Shown here piece by piece: positions 26,001 through 32,633 of a DNA stretch of 64,000 bases. This DNA is from Candidatus Thalassarchaeaceae archaeon (GTDB taxonomy: Archaea; Thermoplasmatota; Poseidoniia; Poseidoniales; Thalassarchaeaceae), in NCBI GenBank assembly GCA_029250605.1, contig JAQXEZ010000016.1:68272-132271 (forward strand), read 5' to 3'. Numbering within the stretch: the stretch's first letter is position 1; the number at the start of each line of letters is the position of its first letter. The translations under genes and the position numbers were made by a program. Under the pieces are notes generated by a model that saw only the letters and a program-made list of their open reading frames with translations, did no database searches and had not been told where the DNA came from.

Positions 26001-26971
26001 CAGACCTCACTGAACAAATCAGCGTTCGCGTGGTACCGGCCAATGTGGGTGTTGCACATCACTTCCCAGATGGGCACTTGGTCCTAATCAAGATGTCAAC
26101 CGATCAAGGATATTCAACTCAAGTAGAATTGAGGGTGGATGTTCCAGAATACAACGGCATTGAACTCAATGAACCAGAAAACCTATTCTTCGACAGAGAG
26201 GAGACCACCATTACGATCGTGATCCCATTCCAGAACACTGGAAACTCAGACGAGGTGTTCTACTTTGAGTTCGACAGTTCAGAGTGGTGGCAATTCGCTG
26301 GACCTACAACCCAACCAGTATCCCCATTCTCCGATGGTACCGCCACCTTCACACTAGTCCGCTCCTCCGAACCAGAACTGCCTTCTCCCTATGCCGAAGA
26401 AATCACATTTACTGTTTCGGACCTGGACAACAATACTTACTCGGGCTCAACTGTGGTGGAGACAGACTCCCCAGTTCTCTCTGTCGTGGGAGGTACGGCA
26501 AGGATCCTCGGGGGCAATGGATTCGCTTCTTATGGCCAAATAGAGAGTTATTCCGTTAATATCAACAACAGCGGGAATGTAGATGCTGAGATTGTCACCT
26601 TAGTGGCTACCTTGTGCTCCGACATTGTCTGCGAAAATGAGCTAGGCGTCAACTCCACTTCCAGCGGCTCAGTATCAGCAATGAGCGAATCAACATTCTA
26701 CATCACCATGGACTACACCCAGTTTACCGAGTCCAAGAAATATTGGATAGTATTCTCAATAGAGGGCGAATTGATAGATGGAAAGTCAGAGTCTTGCACC
26801 TCGACGAAGTCAGATGGCAAGGCATCCTGCGTCTTCGAGGCTCAGCTATGGACCAGCTCCGAAGAGAATGACAATCTGAAGTACTTGGCATACGCATTCC
26901 TGATAATGCTAATTGCAGCACTCCTTTACTTTACTAGAAGGCCAGGTAGACGAGTCAGCGCCCCGTTCTAA
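17042..26971 (+). CDS. aglB: Giant (3,309 aa) AglB/STT3-type oligosaccharyltransferase fusion. About 10 extra N-terminal TM segments, STT3 core, then an extracellular extension of more than 2,000 aa and a C-terminal TM anchor.
   Basis: WWDYG at 19910-19924 (residue 957). STT3-like first loop GGSDPWYMKR and FAMSDHDSF. Multiple hydrophobic helices. Downstream modules are CarboxypepD_reg-like (GTVSLEGVGPVPNARILIERD...ENGHFSFTAPAGKIRV), a TSP3 cluster DTDGDGTGDNADADDDGDGDLDD (about 25630-25790) and a CARDB-like region. Terminal TM LAYAFLIMLIAALLYF then RRPGRR. TTG at 17042, ATG at 17054. Confidence 0.85.
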   Translation: MVGAMLSYWQIGPVDGMEQEKDTLQVVQFNNLAAPVAITLALLGLTIVASSLEGREVDGDFLSTAILISLSVLIPACIGRSSWLIPLDSGALRVGAITLAASLIGIIANSADPENFNHMFVATFVFVGFASAALNESERFEESATFLSIVLGVRLAAFYAGGLIIAQSDSLAVIDTVRESIGAAFFSFWLASISLGFLVMVGLRGTIENRGTGNLMANLPNIRENPEVGIYASLVFASFLVPLIWIGQIDSLQDFSQQNHIGLAWASFSVLVIFIHAFFRAEGWHVLGALLAVNWILYSIGHIHEIGNELPSLFSEDGFIGSFTWFFLWFWMNFFTLFFASRGVFGDIAPRRERSGFRVWWDVNSYVVMVTLAFLIALIVRTAWNVIPAMNANGTGLWDMTGGSDPWYMKRVVDYVIAERSHLIFDHDRAYPSGGINPRPPLFSWSLALGGLALSWILEIPADQAVWWSMSALPAVYGALIVLPIAGIASRVHSRRAGIIAAWLIALMPGHMSRSTFAMSDHDSFAMLFLAIAFYYWIRAIGHIDHNKIFKSTSTNPLYIIAGMRETWKRNPSLMANASMAGIAFSIMALGWKGFVYGPGILFLAYSFQVAINIFKGRDSLQFTSAALQMMLVAILIPTPFYAWPGMNLLFAPSGMQPMFYIIGFTFAMGWVSSSFRDKPWLLVVLGGSALFGSILALLYILQVRDLFNGWDILFTGGFYFSKNKIFGTIGEAQAPERGVLFASYGPIVALIAIGCAFLLLWRGSRKNKSDLTLLGLWTIIATYMAWSAGRFIINATPVIAVVGGIGISMLWGAASLPAFTKVWRNSGIGTPRTRFKSLWPATKARPGVPAMVMVLLLITSQHATYGIDAGIPRGDQSANEIDQSLYDIVPDILRQDLLGLFSVMNGDTYDQSDSGLWYMGTFGPSFNSQGWNEAYDWLSQQDSETPFSDRPAFVSWWDYGFQALASGQHPTVADNFQSGIPNSGAMLLSGGQEDTLSLFITTLAMGDKSINNGQLGESFLSVLEGHMTPEQVQEFEAITSNTNKGFVQDRLMAVVAEYGSAELLQGEPLDSNGLTCSDPCLDAYVVLVNGEPFGEATTNSSEAMALFDQARGSESTFELAEFDDASHYDMAGYRYTRDIIDDYDDLSTALHRTNAKFGLARAFLITAFSLDDLVQIYDGISSIDTYEVSDYEESHGSTTSRNHEIRYFAVDNRLYPLGGMYYQDYQSYHRGQTTGIFHAPTHLSGLDIDSYITTTYETNQGDFSPEVFQNMYLEDLKAQASGASTGEDMIQMTDMNYQHLDSFFDTMIARTYVGYGTSTLGLPSISGQVGDADTPSTWILPNSLTGTPGSYLQGAMALPGAMMNHFVLSNWYDPTNGTSCEEIQITGSASTVADSSQLSEVSLYSEDSLSSGWSQIQSGGPWKMTQVEDGVIPMNASTTNYDPDEETLSISSAASSSANDTEFTLTGKVDKYCGSIYDSNRNVKILKYYSGATLQGTVSLEGVGPVPNARILIERDAFSGDESADEEGHVVDNDSRTYWIPIGSTQADENGHFSFTAPAGKIRVSAFTGDPDLDAARTSLLSGSANLMSELFSETSQNRAVNPVTGILGNVYGSTWLSETIVNISGSDGHSNGQSVIEAPISVSPSTASGILSWSGELDFDGDPVLSANITLTPSSEDVVIQPYEVITSDGSMVGEDLRFSGIGEVTFLGEGTMESMGAVSVHDFTGTHTQAVFDNHSITGEGQFSGKGMIDGTLSGEFPNCSGDSVPEGSDACINEEGHYLLEGIANGSGKFTSQGVSEFTRELSQATFIGSGNFATVPSDDLVTFGTINGTGTFSGHGSFSGPMVRPGSFHIVDALPGEYVVSVDFGTGDPVEIVQPFVIPLTSSEIQTPVSITGGAIKGTVSIFTGRPLSSEVSIFSINGSSEDSNEECQGVITQPCFVIPDESGSFEVGPIVPGSYIAEVDIDDDGFPELSQAFTFESGLASLVSFPSEVPQTSDITFTLSDDGISVDDLHLQFIPEDLSRSAVTAMFDNESKTYHAELNPGNWILNYTLSDEKQLWQRISIGSIDVSDSFEFLVSQVVSGVVIDSVKGDEISDPLLSRVTNQEVMFQWQGFTLKSVTDSSGEFSVILPQGAFVHATVERMVGAGGFFSNGTSFQVTDSMENITIELTESTMVLGEVSLNREGNTYNQGFSGWTPVFAKANNLDGTTDAVWREEVDDLGRFDMLLPLGNWSFTLEAGSEMTANAVVKEINTTSEPLVELLVLPTNISVEIDFFIDHMGDNNASNGTPVSYPFEIKPLSPNGAGYTVPREGSEWTQTGLAELSLEPGRYRIVVERANSSADDPFDTLYDTNDIFEVGIGSSTVKRSVGFEPRWLVNITFRNESGQLLDNHEVKLENAENGWIQTYTTNEDGVLAEYIEEGDWIVIVDEFETNSGVYEGLRRPISATQSSAGSRLNFQTVELASVTVTLQSSSDVAAPELVDLTISSQEGLGSFVSSIGGFDQPLEIRLVPGFWNVEINQTNQDGVMTLLENSSLVEAGVTVGPNHQVFLTVQKLVSLSGKVFWDLDDDGAPGFSEGLSNASVNITGDLGSPTHHLISDNDGIWSTFLPVQSSWNISVEREGFGTQTSPVEIGETSVTENIEISAGEVEISGSISYPDQTCISSGEWQVQIIPSHGISRDRVTVSGNSLGEWSAMIQPGSWVAMATSTSVTPECIDLISIEPLEVGVDGASLESELTVGGTLRLDTNWLDFDGSAHDLSEVEDYDLVLEYGPISWSEELGSDGVLNLLMMPGTVQVSSSFELDEGVRNVSYSGGKGISIRAGQVSPMNTLSIDRVSKQSVSATVQGPERVEVVEIDATCTNDDDGDGVINGEDVFPNDSTETVDTDGDGTGDNADADDDGDGDLDDVDDFPLGQGLPTNSAEGCKYQNAAFNVSVEYDGHNSFDEYTIVGTVPSADGVDWSVQFQNSSGEWVDSLTFDLGLTDSDLTEQISVRVVPANVGVAHHFPDGHLVLIKMSTDQGYSTQVELRVDVPEYNGIELNEPENLFFDREETTITIVIPFQNTGNSDEVFYFEFDSSEWWQFAGPTTQPVSPFSDGTATFTLVRSSEPELPSPYAEEITFTVSDLDNNTYSGSTVVETDSPVLSVVGGTARILGGNGFASYGQIESYSVNINNSGNVDAEIVTLVATLCSDIVCENELGVNSTSSGSVSAMSESTFYITMDYTQFTESKKYWIVFSIEGELIDGKSESCTSTKSDGKASCVFEAQLWTSSEENDNLKYLAYAFLIMLIAALLYFTRRPGRRVSAPF

Positions 26972-26977
26972 TACTAC

Positions 26978-28249
26978 TTGCATCAGCACACAATGGGGAC
27001 AAACATGCGTGGAATCTCACGTCTAGAATTGATGCCTGAACCTGGGGATCCTAGTCTACTTACAGCCGTAGACAGTGATGCACCCGGCTATCCAGGAGAG
27101 GCCTATGGCATCAGTGACGAAGAGGCTAGGAAGCTGAGGTGGCTAATGAGGCCACTAATGAGGTTCTTGTGGCCTTGGGGAGCAGTCGGATTCTCCGCAA
27201 TAGTCGTCTCTATTTTGCTCCTTTATCCCTCGATATACTCACTTATTGGCGAGGTTCTTGATTCGGAGTGGGCCTTCGAAGATAGCGGCATCAGGGATCT
27301 ACAGGAATCTGGAAGCCTAGGCGAAGGAGTCAGAGTATGCATGGTTGATACCGGCATAGACATCTCTCATCCAGACCTATCACATCTAACGTTATCCGGA
27401 TTTCGTGACTTCTATACCGAAAAAGACTCTCCCGTCAGAGATATCGGAACAAATAGTCACGGAACTTTGATGGCGGGACTTCTTGCTGCGAATGGCTCAT
27501 TCACCGGTGTTGCCCCAAGCGTTTCACTTTCGATTGCGATTTCTCTCGGACCAGACGGAAAGTCTGCAAACGAGAGGATGGTCTCCCAAGCGATTAGGTG
27601 GTGCCGAATTTCTCAGGACTCCGACATAATTTCTCTAAGTCTGGGAACTGCTCCTGGATCTAGCTTCTCAGATTCATCTGACACCCTTGATGCCGTTAGA
27701 GAGGCATTAGAAGATGGGATTTTCGTAATCGCAGCCGCCGGAAATAGTGACTCAAGGCAGAATCTCTCCGACGTCTCTTCCCCTGCTAGCTTATCTGGTG
27801 TGATTGCAGTTGGGGCACATGATAGAAATGGAGATACGTGGGTTGATAGTGCTGTAGGTGCCAAAAACGATCCAGAAACTGGTGAGGAACGAATATTCCC
27901 CAACCAGAAACCCGAGATCGTAGCTCCCGGTGTCGATCTATGGTCTTGCAGAGACAGTGGTCGTGACCCGCCATACGCATTCTCAACCGGTACCAGCGAT
28001 TCTACGGTATTGGTTACAGGAGCCCTCGCCTTGATCCTCTCAGTGTATCGTGAGGAAATTGCGGGAGAAAACGGAATCATCGACCAACATGAAATGGACT
28101 TAGTCAAGGTAGCGCTTGCAAACTCGGCACGAACCGACTCAAGCCAATCTGAAAGCCACGATTCGAAGAATGGCTATGGGCTCCTTGATGCCAAAGAATG
28201 GTCTAGACAAGTAGAAATTGAATTCGGCATCAACCAAGAAAACATATGA
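26978..28249 (+). CDS. Membrane-anchored subtilisin-like serine protease (peptidase S8)
   Basis: Asp VCMVDTGIDISHPDL, His NSHGTLMAGLLAANG, Ser STGTSDSTVLVTGALALI. N-terminal TM WGAVGFSAIVVSILLLY. Starts 6 nt after the aglB-giant stop (TTG 26978, ATG 26993). Confidence 0.8.
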   Translation: MHQHTMGTNMRGISRLELMPEPGDPSLLTAVDSDAPGYPGEAYGISDEEARKLRWLMRPLMRFLWPWGAVGFSAIVVSILLLYPSIYSLIGEVLDSEWAFEDSGIRDLQESGSLGEGVRVCMVDTGIDISHPDLSHLTLSGFRDFYTEKDSPVRDIGTNSHGTLMAGLLAANGSFTGVAPSVSLSIAISLGPDGKSANERMVSQAIRWCRISQDSDIISLSLGTAPGSSFSDSSDTLDAVREALEDGIFVIAAAGNSDSRQNLSDVSSPASLSGVIAVGAHDRNGDTWVDSAVGAKNDPETGEERIFPNQKPEIVAPGVDLWSCRDSGRDPPYAFSTGTSDSTVLVTGALALILSVYREEIAGENGIIDQHEMDLVKVALANSARTDSSQSESHDSKNGYGLLDAKEWSRQVEIEFGINQENI

Positions 28250-28315
28250 ATTGGCAATAATTGATGAAACTCTTTGTCCCTATGGTTAAATTGTCTAGAT
28301 GTAGTCCGATGCATT

Positions 28316-31300
28316 ATGGCGCGGGAAGAAAAATTGCGGTCATTCTCATTAACAGGACTTTTCTTGTTGAGCATATTACTTTCATTGGCCTTGCCAGCAG
28401 GTACTGTTTCCGCATCAAACGAGACAACAACGGGGACAATTACCGGTACTGAGACTTGGGCAGGCGTACACACCCTTACCGGAGATGTCACGATAGCCCC
28501 CGGTGCAAAATTGATCATTAATCCAGGAGCAACGATTGAGTTCCCCAACGGAACCCATCTGGATGTACGAGGGAGCCTGTGTGCCGGCGTCTCTTCATGT
28601 GGTGCTTCTTCGAACGCTGGGCCTGCCATGGGAATAACCCTGAGATGGAGTGAACCCCTTAATTCGAGTGCTACAGGGGAATGCTATGGGATGAGTTCTG
28701 GCAACCAAGAGATATGGATAGATGACCCTTCATGCAGCGAGGGCGTGCTAATGAGGAGTTCGATAGATCTTTCTGAAACCGGCCTCAGATACGTCACATT
28801 CGATAGTGCTTGGGGGATTCCTCAGTATGTCTCTGCAGTGGGAGAATTCCGCTATGGGGCCCTCGTTCTAGATGGAGCTAGCCCAACTCTTACCGAACTT
28901 TCATTCAATCAAATAAACACCTCCAGTGTCCTGACAACCAACCTCGCTCAACCAACTTTCAGTGGCGGGGAATTCGTCGTAGGGACCGATGCGAGTAAGA
29001 GCATCGTTGGAGCAGCATTGCAGATTTACTCCTCTGGATCCTCAGTAAGCCCATTCTCTCTGTCTGATATTTCTCTCACAGGAACCAATAATGGATGCGG
29101 TAATAGGGATGGGGGAAGGCACACAATTTGGGCCGAGGACTCATTTATCGAGATAGATAACGCCGAAATCTCATCAGGAGATTTTGGAATCGGGCTTTGG
29201 ACATCAGCAGGAAGCGTGACAAACACGCAGATAAATGTGAACTGTAACGCAATCGATCTAAATGGGAAGAAGGCAGTTGGGGGGACTTCATTCGACTTTG
29301 AAATCTCGAACAATGAAATTACTACGGTCGACGGAGCAGGAGTTTTTGCATCAGCCGGGGCCCTAGTGTACTTGGTAGACAACGATATTGGCGGAGCAGC
29401 ATCTGGTTCCGGAATATCTGTTTACAATAGCGAGGCCCACATTCACGAAAACGAAATTGGGCCAATAGGGGGCTACTTTGGATTGTGGCTGGGTGGCTCG
29501 TACGACGTAATCGCTGAGAATAACTCGATTTTCGACACCACCCTAACTCCAGTGGTTGCAGGGATGTACTCATACGCCATTCAAGCAGCCTCTAGGCTAT
29601 ACCTAGCAAACAACTCAATCTCCTATGATGGTACTGGGACCTGCGGCAGTGAAACCAATTGGGGGGGCGAGTTTTCTTGTCCCGTCTTGCATGCATACGT
29701 TACAGGCGTAACCATGTATGATAACATCATCACTGCAGGTGGTACAGCCGATGGGATTCGAGCAGTAGGGTCCCTGTTGGATATTCAGAGAAACTCATTC
29801 GATGTGCAAAAGACTGGTGCTGTGATCAAGAACTATGACAGTGGTTATGCCGAATCACAGCAATTCGGATCACTAGCATACTTCTCTGAAAACGACTGGA
29901 ACCAGGCCGAGACAGTGTACAACGTGACAAAAAGCTCCGTCACTGCCCAGTCAGAGTACATACCCTCTCCTCCCAGCGGGGAATACCCAGTCCGCCTATC
30001 ATGGCCAGACCAGGAGGCCTGGCCAGACAATGAATTCCAGGGTGCGATTATCCCAACGCCAGTAAAGGAATGCAACACTTGCCAGAACATGACGCCGAGG
30101 AACTTCCCATTGGGTGTCAGCATGGATAACAACTCAACGGTATTTACATTTGCAGATTTGACAAACTTGGACTTGTCCAAGGTCAAGATTGCAACACAGC
30201 CAACCCACTTCGCAGTACAGGTCAGCAGAGCCGAACTCGTCCGATTCCAGGCACTAATTGGTGGTGAAAAGGTAAGCGATGCATTGGTCATTGTGGAGGA
30301 TGCACTCGGTAACGACCTGTATCGTGTAAATACTGGTGGCGATGGTTTCACTCCATGGGTCGCCCTCCCATCTAACTTCCACCTCGACTTCAGAGGACTT
30401 GGCGGAGGAGATAACCCGGATGGGTTTGCGGATGATGAGTATGAGGACTCTTGTTCAGACGGGATTGACAACGATGGCGATCTCACCATCGACACCGCAG
30501 ATTCCAGTTGTGATTATTCAGCAGGAACCAGGGAACTATCACTTTACAGATATACTGCCTATAGATTTGGATATGGCTACTACTCCGGACAGTTCACCCT
30601 TGAGGAGAACTCGCTCGAGGAGACTGCACACCTTGAGAATGAAGCTCCAACGGTGATAGTTACCGAGAATGATGGACACTCATTCAGAAGAGTGGTTAAC
30701 ATCACTGGAAACGCTCACGATGGGACATTGGCAAACAGTTATCTGACTGACGAGAGGGCCCAGTGGGACCAAGGTGGCTATGTCCATGCCGTCCAAGTTA
30801 GGAATCCATTCACTGGTTCTTGGGAGGATGCCGAATTGGCGATTGATACTAGCGGTGCAGATGAGGGCGAGGTCACACGCTTCAACAGGCCTTTCAGCTC
30901 TTGGTACTACAATATTGACATGACTGGACTCGCAGGTGAAGGCGATTACACATTCGAATTCAGGGCATTTGATGGGATAGATCACAGCCCTGTGGTTTCA
31001 CGAACAATAAAACTCAATACTCAACCCCCCAGCATTTTCGTTACCACTCCCAGTTCATTCTCATCTCATGATGAAGGTTCGGTAGTCTTCGATGGCTATT
31101 CCCAGGACCCCTATGGATGTCCGGACAATTGCAACACTGACATTGGTCTAGTATACATGCAGATTTCGGGACCAAATTACCAAGTTACTAGCCCAGTTGA
31201 GACTAATTCCGATGGAACTTGGGATTGGGAATGGGACTTCAGCACCCGGCCTAGGGAACTTACGACTTACACCTTCACAATTTGGGCATCTGATTCAGAT

Positions 31301-32578
31301 TTCTGTAATGAAGAAGTGGACGAGTGCCAGCCAGTAATTCTGACCCTAACAATCGATAACAGGAATAGCCAACCCACAATTAGCGTCAATCAGCCATTTT
31401 CAGGAACAAGAATTTCCTCCTCAGTGGATACTGCTCTAACCGGGGTGGCTAGGGATTTCGATGGAGGGGTTACAAGGGTAGATCTGGAAGTAAAGGACGT
31501 ATCAAATGACTATGTTTCAGTTTTCGAGACCAGCACCAGTGAATTTTCTGAAGATGGAATCTGGGAGATTGAGTGGGACACGACACAACTTCGTCATGAT
31601 GCGGAATATCTGCTACGATTCCGCTCGTATGACGGTATTGACTACAGCAGCTGGACCGAAGTAACCATTGTGGCCGACAATCCACCAAATGCAGGCAATA
31701 ATCAACCCGAATTCGATTCATCCGGCTGGCAAAGTGAAATCACTCTTTATTGTGACTCAGAATCAAACTCTGTCGACAAGTGCACCACAGTGGAGATAGA
31801 TATGAAGGAGTATTTCTCCGACGTAGACAACGACATACAGTTCATCTCTGTTTACAACGACACATCAATCGACTCGGACGATAGACACGCTCTTGTCGTC
31901 GGTGTCGGAACAGATGGAATTGCTCGTTACGACCCCGCAGACATGTTGTTTTTCGACGATGACATGGAGTCTTGGACTCTGAATAATGTGATTTTCATAG
32001 CCACCGATGCATGGGATTCTCGAGTCAACTCAAATCCTGTCAACTTCATAGTGGTCTCCCTTCAATTCTCGATTCAGGAGCCCGAGCAGTCTTGGGTCGA
32101 AGAAGATGAAATGGCAATATATTCCGGCATCGGACTTCCCGGTAAGCAAGTTTCTGTTTTGATAGGCGGTAATCCAGTCAACAACACAATCGTTTCTGAG
32201 GACGGAACATGGGAGTTGGGAATACCAGCCTCTAGAATTAAGGGAGACTCATCAATACCAAAATTCACTTATGCAGGCGAAACCACAGAAGTTAGCGCGA
32301 TTAGTAAGGGAGAGCCAACGCCCGAATCAACAAACTGGGGAATGATTGGAGCAGTTTCTGTTTTGGCCATACTGTCACTGGCTGCTCTTGCTTACTTCAC
32401 TGGATTTATAGGGATTGAGATTGATGACGAAGATGAGTACAAGACCCCTGTCCAAATACCGAAGGACTACGGTGACGAGGAAGAAGAGAGTTCTCTGGAG
32501 AGGTATGATGACCACCCCGGTTGGCTTTGGGATGCAGCTTCCGAGGAATGGGTCCCAGATCCGGATTTCCAAGAATAA
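28316..32578 (+). CDS. Surface protein with right-handed parallel beta-helix repeats, three Ig-like modules, C-terminal TM and an acidic Trp-rich tail
   Basis: Signal peptide MAREEKLRSFSLTGLFLLSILLSLALPAGTVSA. Repeated short beta-helix-type turns (IEIDNAEISSGDFGIGLW.., ISNNEITTVDGAGVFA.., VDNDIGGAASGSGISVYNS..). Cys-flanked acidic motif CSDGIDNDGDLTIDTADSSC. Three similar modules ending in ..FRAFDGIDHS.., ..IWASDSD.. and ..FRSYDGIDYS... TM WGMIGAVSVLAILSLAALAYF. Confidence 0.75.
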   Translation: MAREEKLRSFSLTGLFLLSILLSLALPAGTVSASNETTTGTITGTETWAGVHTLTGDVTIAPGAKLIINPGATIEFPNGTHLDVRGSLCAGVSSCGASSNAGPAMGITLRWSEPLNSSATGECYGMSSGNQEIWIDDPSCSEGVLMRSSIDLSETGLRYVTFDSAWGIPQYVSAVGEFRYGALVLDGASPTLTELSFNQINTSSVLTTNLAQPTFSGGEFVVGTDASKSIVGAALQIYSSGSSVSPFSLSDISLTGTNNGCGNRDGGRHTIWAEDSFIEIDNAEISSGDFGIGLWTSAGSVTNTQINVNCNAIDLNGKKAVGGTSFDFEISNNEITTVDGAGVFASAGALVYLVDNDIGGAASGSGISVYNSEAHIHENEIGPIGGYFGLWLGGSYDVIAENNSIFDTTLTPVVAGMYSYAIQAASRLYLANNSISYDGTGTCGSETNWGGEFSCPVLHAYVTGVTMYDNIITAGGTADGIRAVGSLLDIQRNSFDVQKTGAVIKNYDSGYAESQQFGSLAYFSENDWNQAETVYNVTKSSVTAQSEYIPSPPSGEYPVRLSWPDQEAWPDNEFQGAIIPTPVKECNTCQNMTPRNFPLGVSMDNNSTVFTFADLTNLDLSKVKIATQPTHFAVQVSRAELVRFQALIGGEKVSDALVIVEDALGNDLYRVNTGGDGFTPWVALPSNFHLDFRGLGGGDNPDGFADDEYEDSCSDGIDNDGDLTIDTADSSCDYSAGTRELSLYRYTAYRFGYGYYSGQFTLEENSLEETAHLENEAPTVIVTENDGHSFRRVVNITGNAHDGTLANSYLTDERAQWDQGGYVHAVQVRNPFTGSWEDAELAIDTSGADEGEVTRFNRPFSSWYYNIDMTGLAGEGDYTFEFRAFDGIDHSPVVSRTIKLNTQPPSIFVTTPSSFSSHDEGSVVFDGYSQDPYGCPDNCNTDIGLVYMQISGPNYQVTSPVETNSDGTWDWEWDFSTRPRELTTYTFTIWASDSDFCNEEVDECQPVILTLTIDNRNSQPTISVNQPFSGTRISSSVDTALTGVARDFDGGVTRVDLEVKDVSNDYVSVFETSTSEFSEDGIWEIEWDTTQLRHDAEYLLRFRSYDGIDYSSWTEVTIVADNPPNAGNNQPEFDSSGWQSEITLYCDSESNSVDKCTTVEIDMKEYFSDVDNDIQFISVYNDTSIDSDDRHALVVGVGTDGIARYDPADMLFFDDDMESWTLNNVIFIATDAWDSRVNSNPVNFIVVSLQFSIQEPEQSWVEEDEMAIYSGIGLPGKQVSVLIGGNPVNNTIVSEDGTWELGIPASRIKGDSSIPKFTYAGETTEVSAISKGEPTPESTNWGMIGAVSVLAILSLAALAYFTGFIGIEIDDEDEYKTPVQIPKDYGDEEEESSLERYDDHPGWLWDAASEEWVPDPDFQE

Positions 32579-32602
32579 TGTATATTCCAAGTTCTACTAA
32601 CA

Positions 32603-32612
32603 TTTGTATATT
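32603..32612 (+). promoter_or_regulatory. TATA-like element TTTGTATATT about 22-31 nt upstream of the 32634 ATG (suggests a leaderless or short-leader transcript)
   Basis: An AT-rich box at the position expected for an archaeal TATA box relative to the start codon. A second TGTATATT copy lies at 32579-32586. Confidence 0.3.
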
Positions 32613-32633
32613 GAGTGAGATAGTGTTGGGTAT

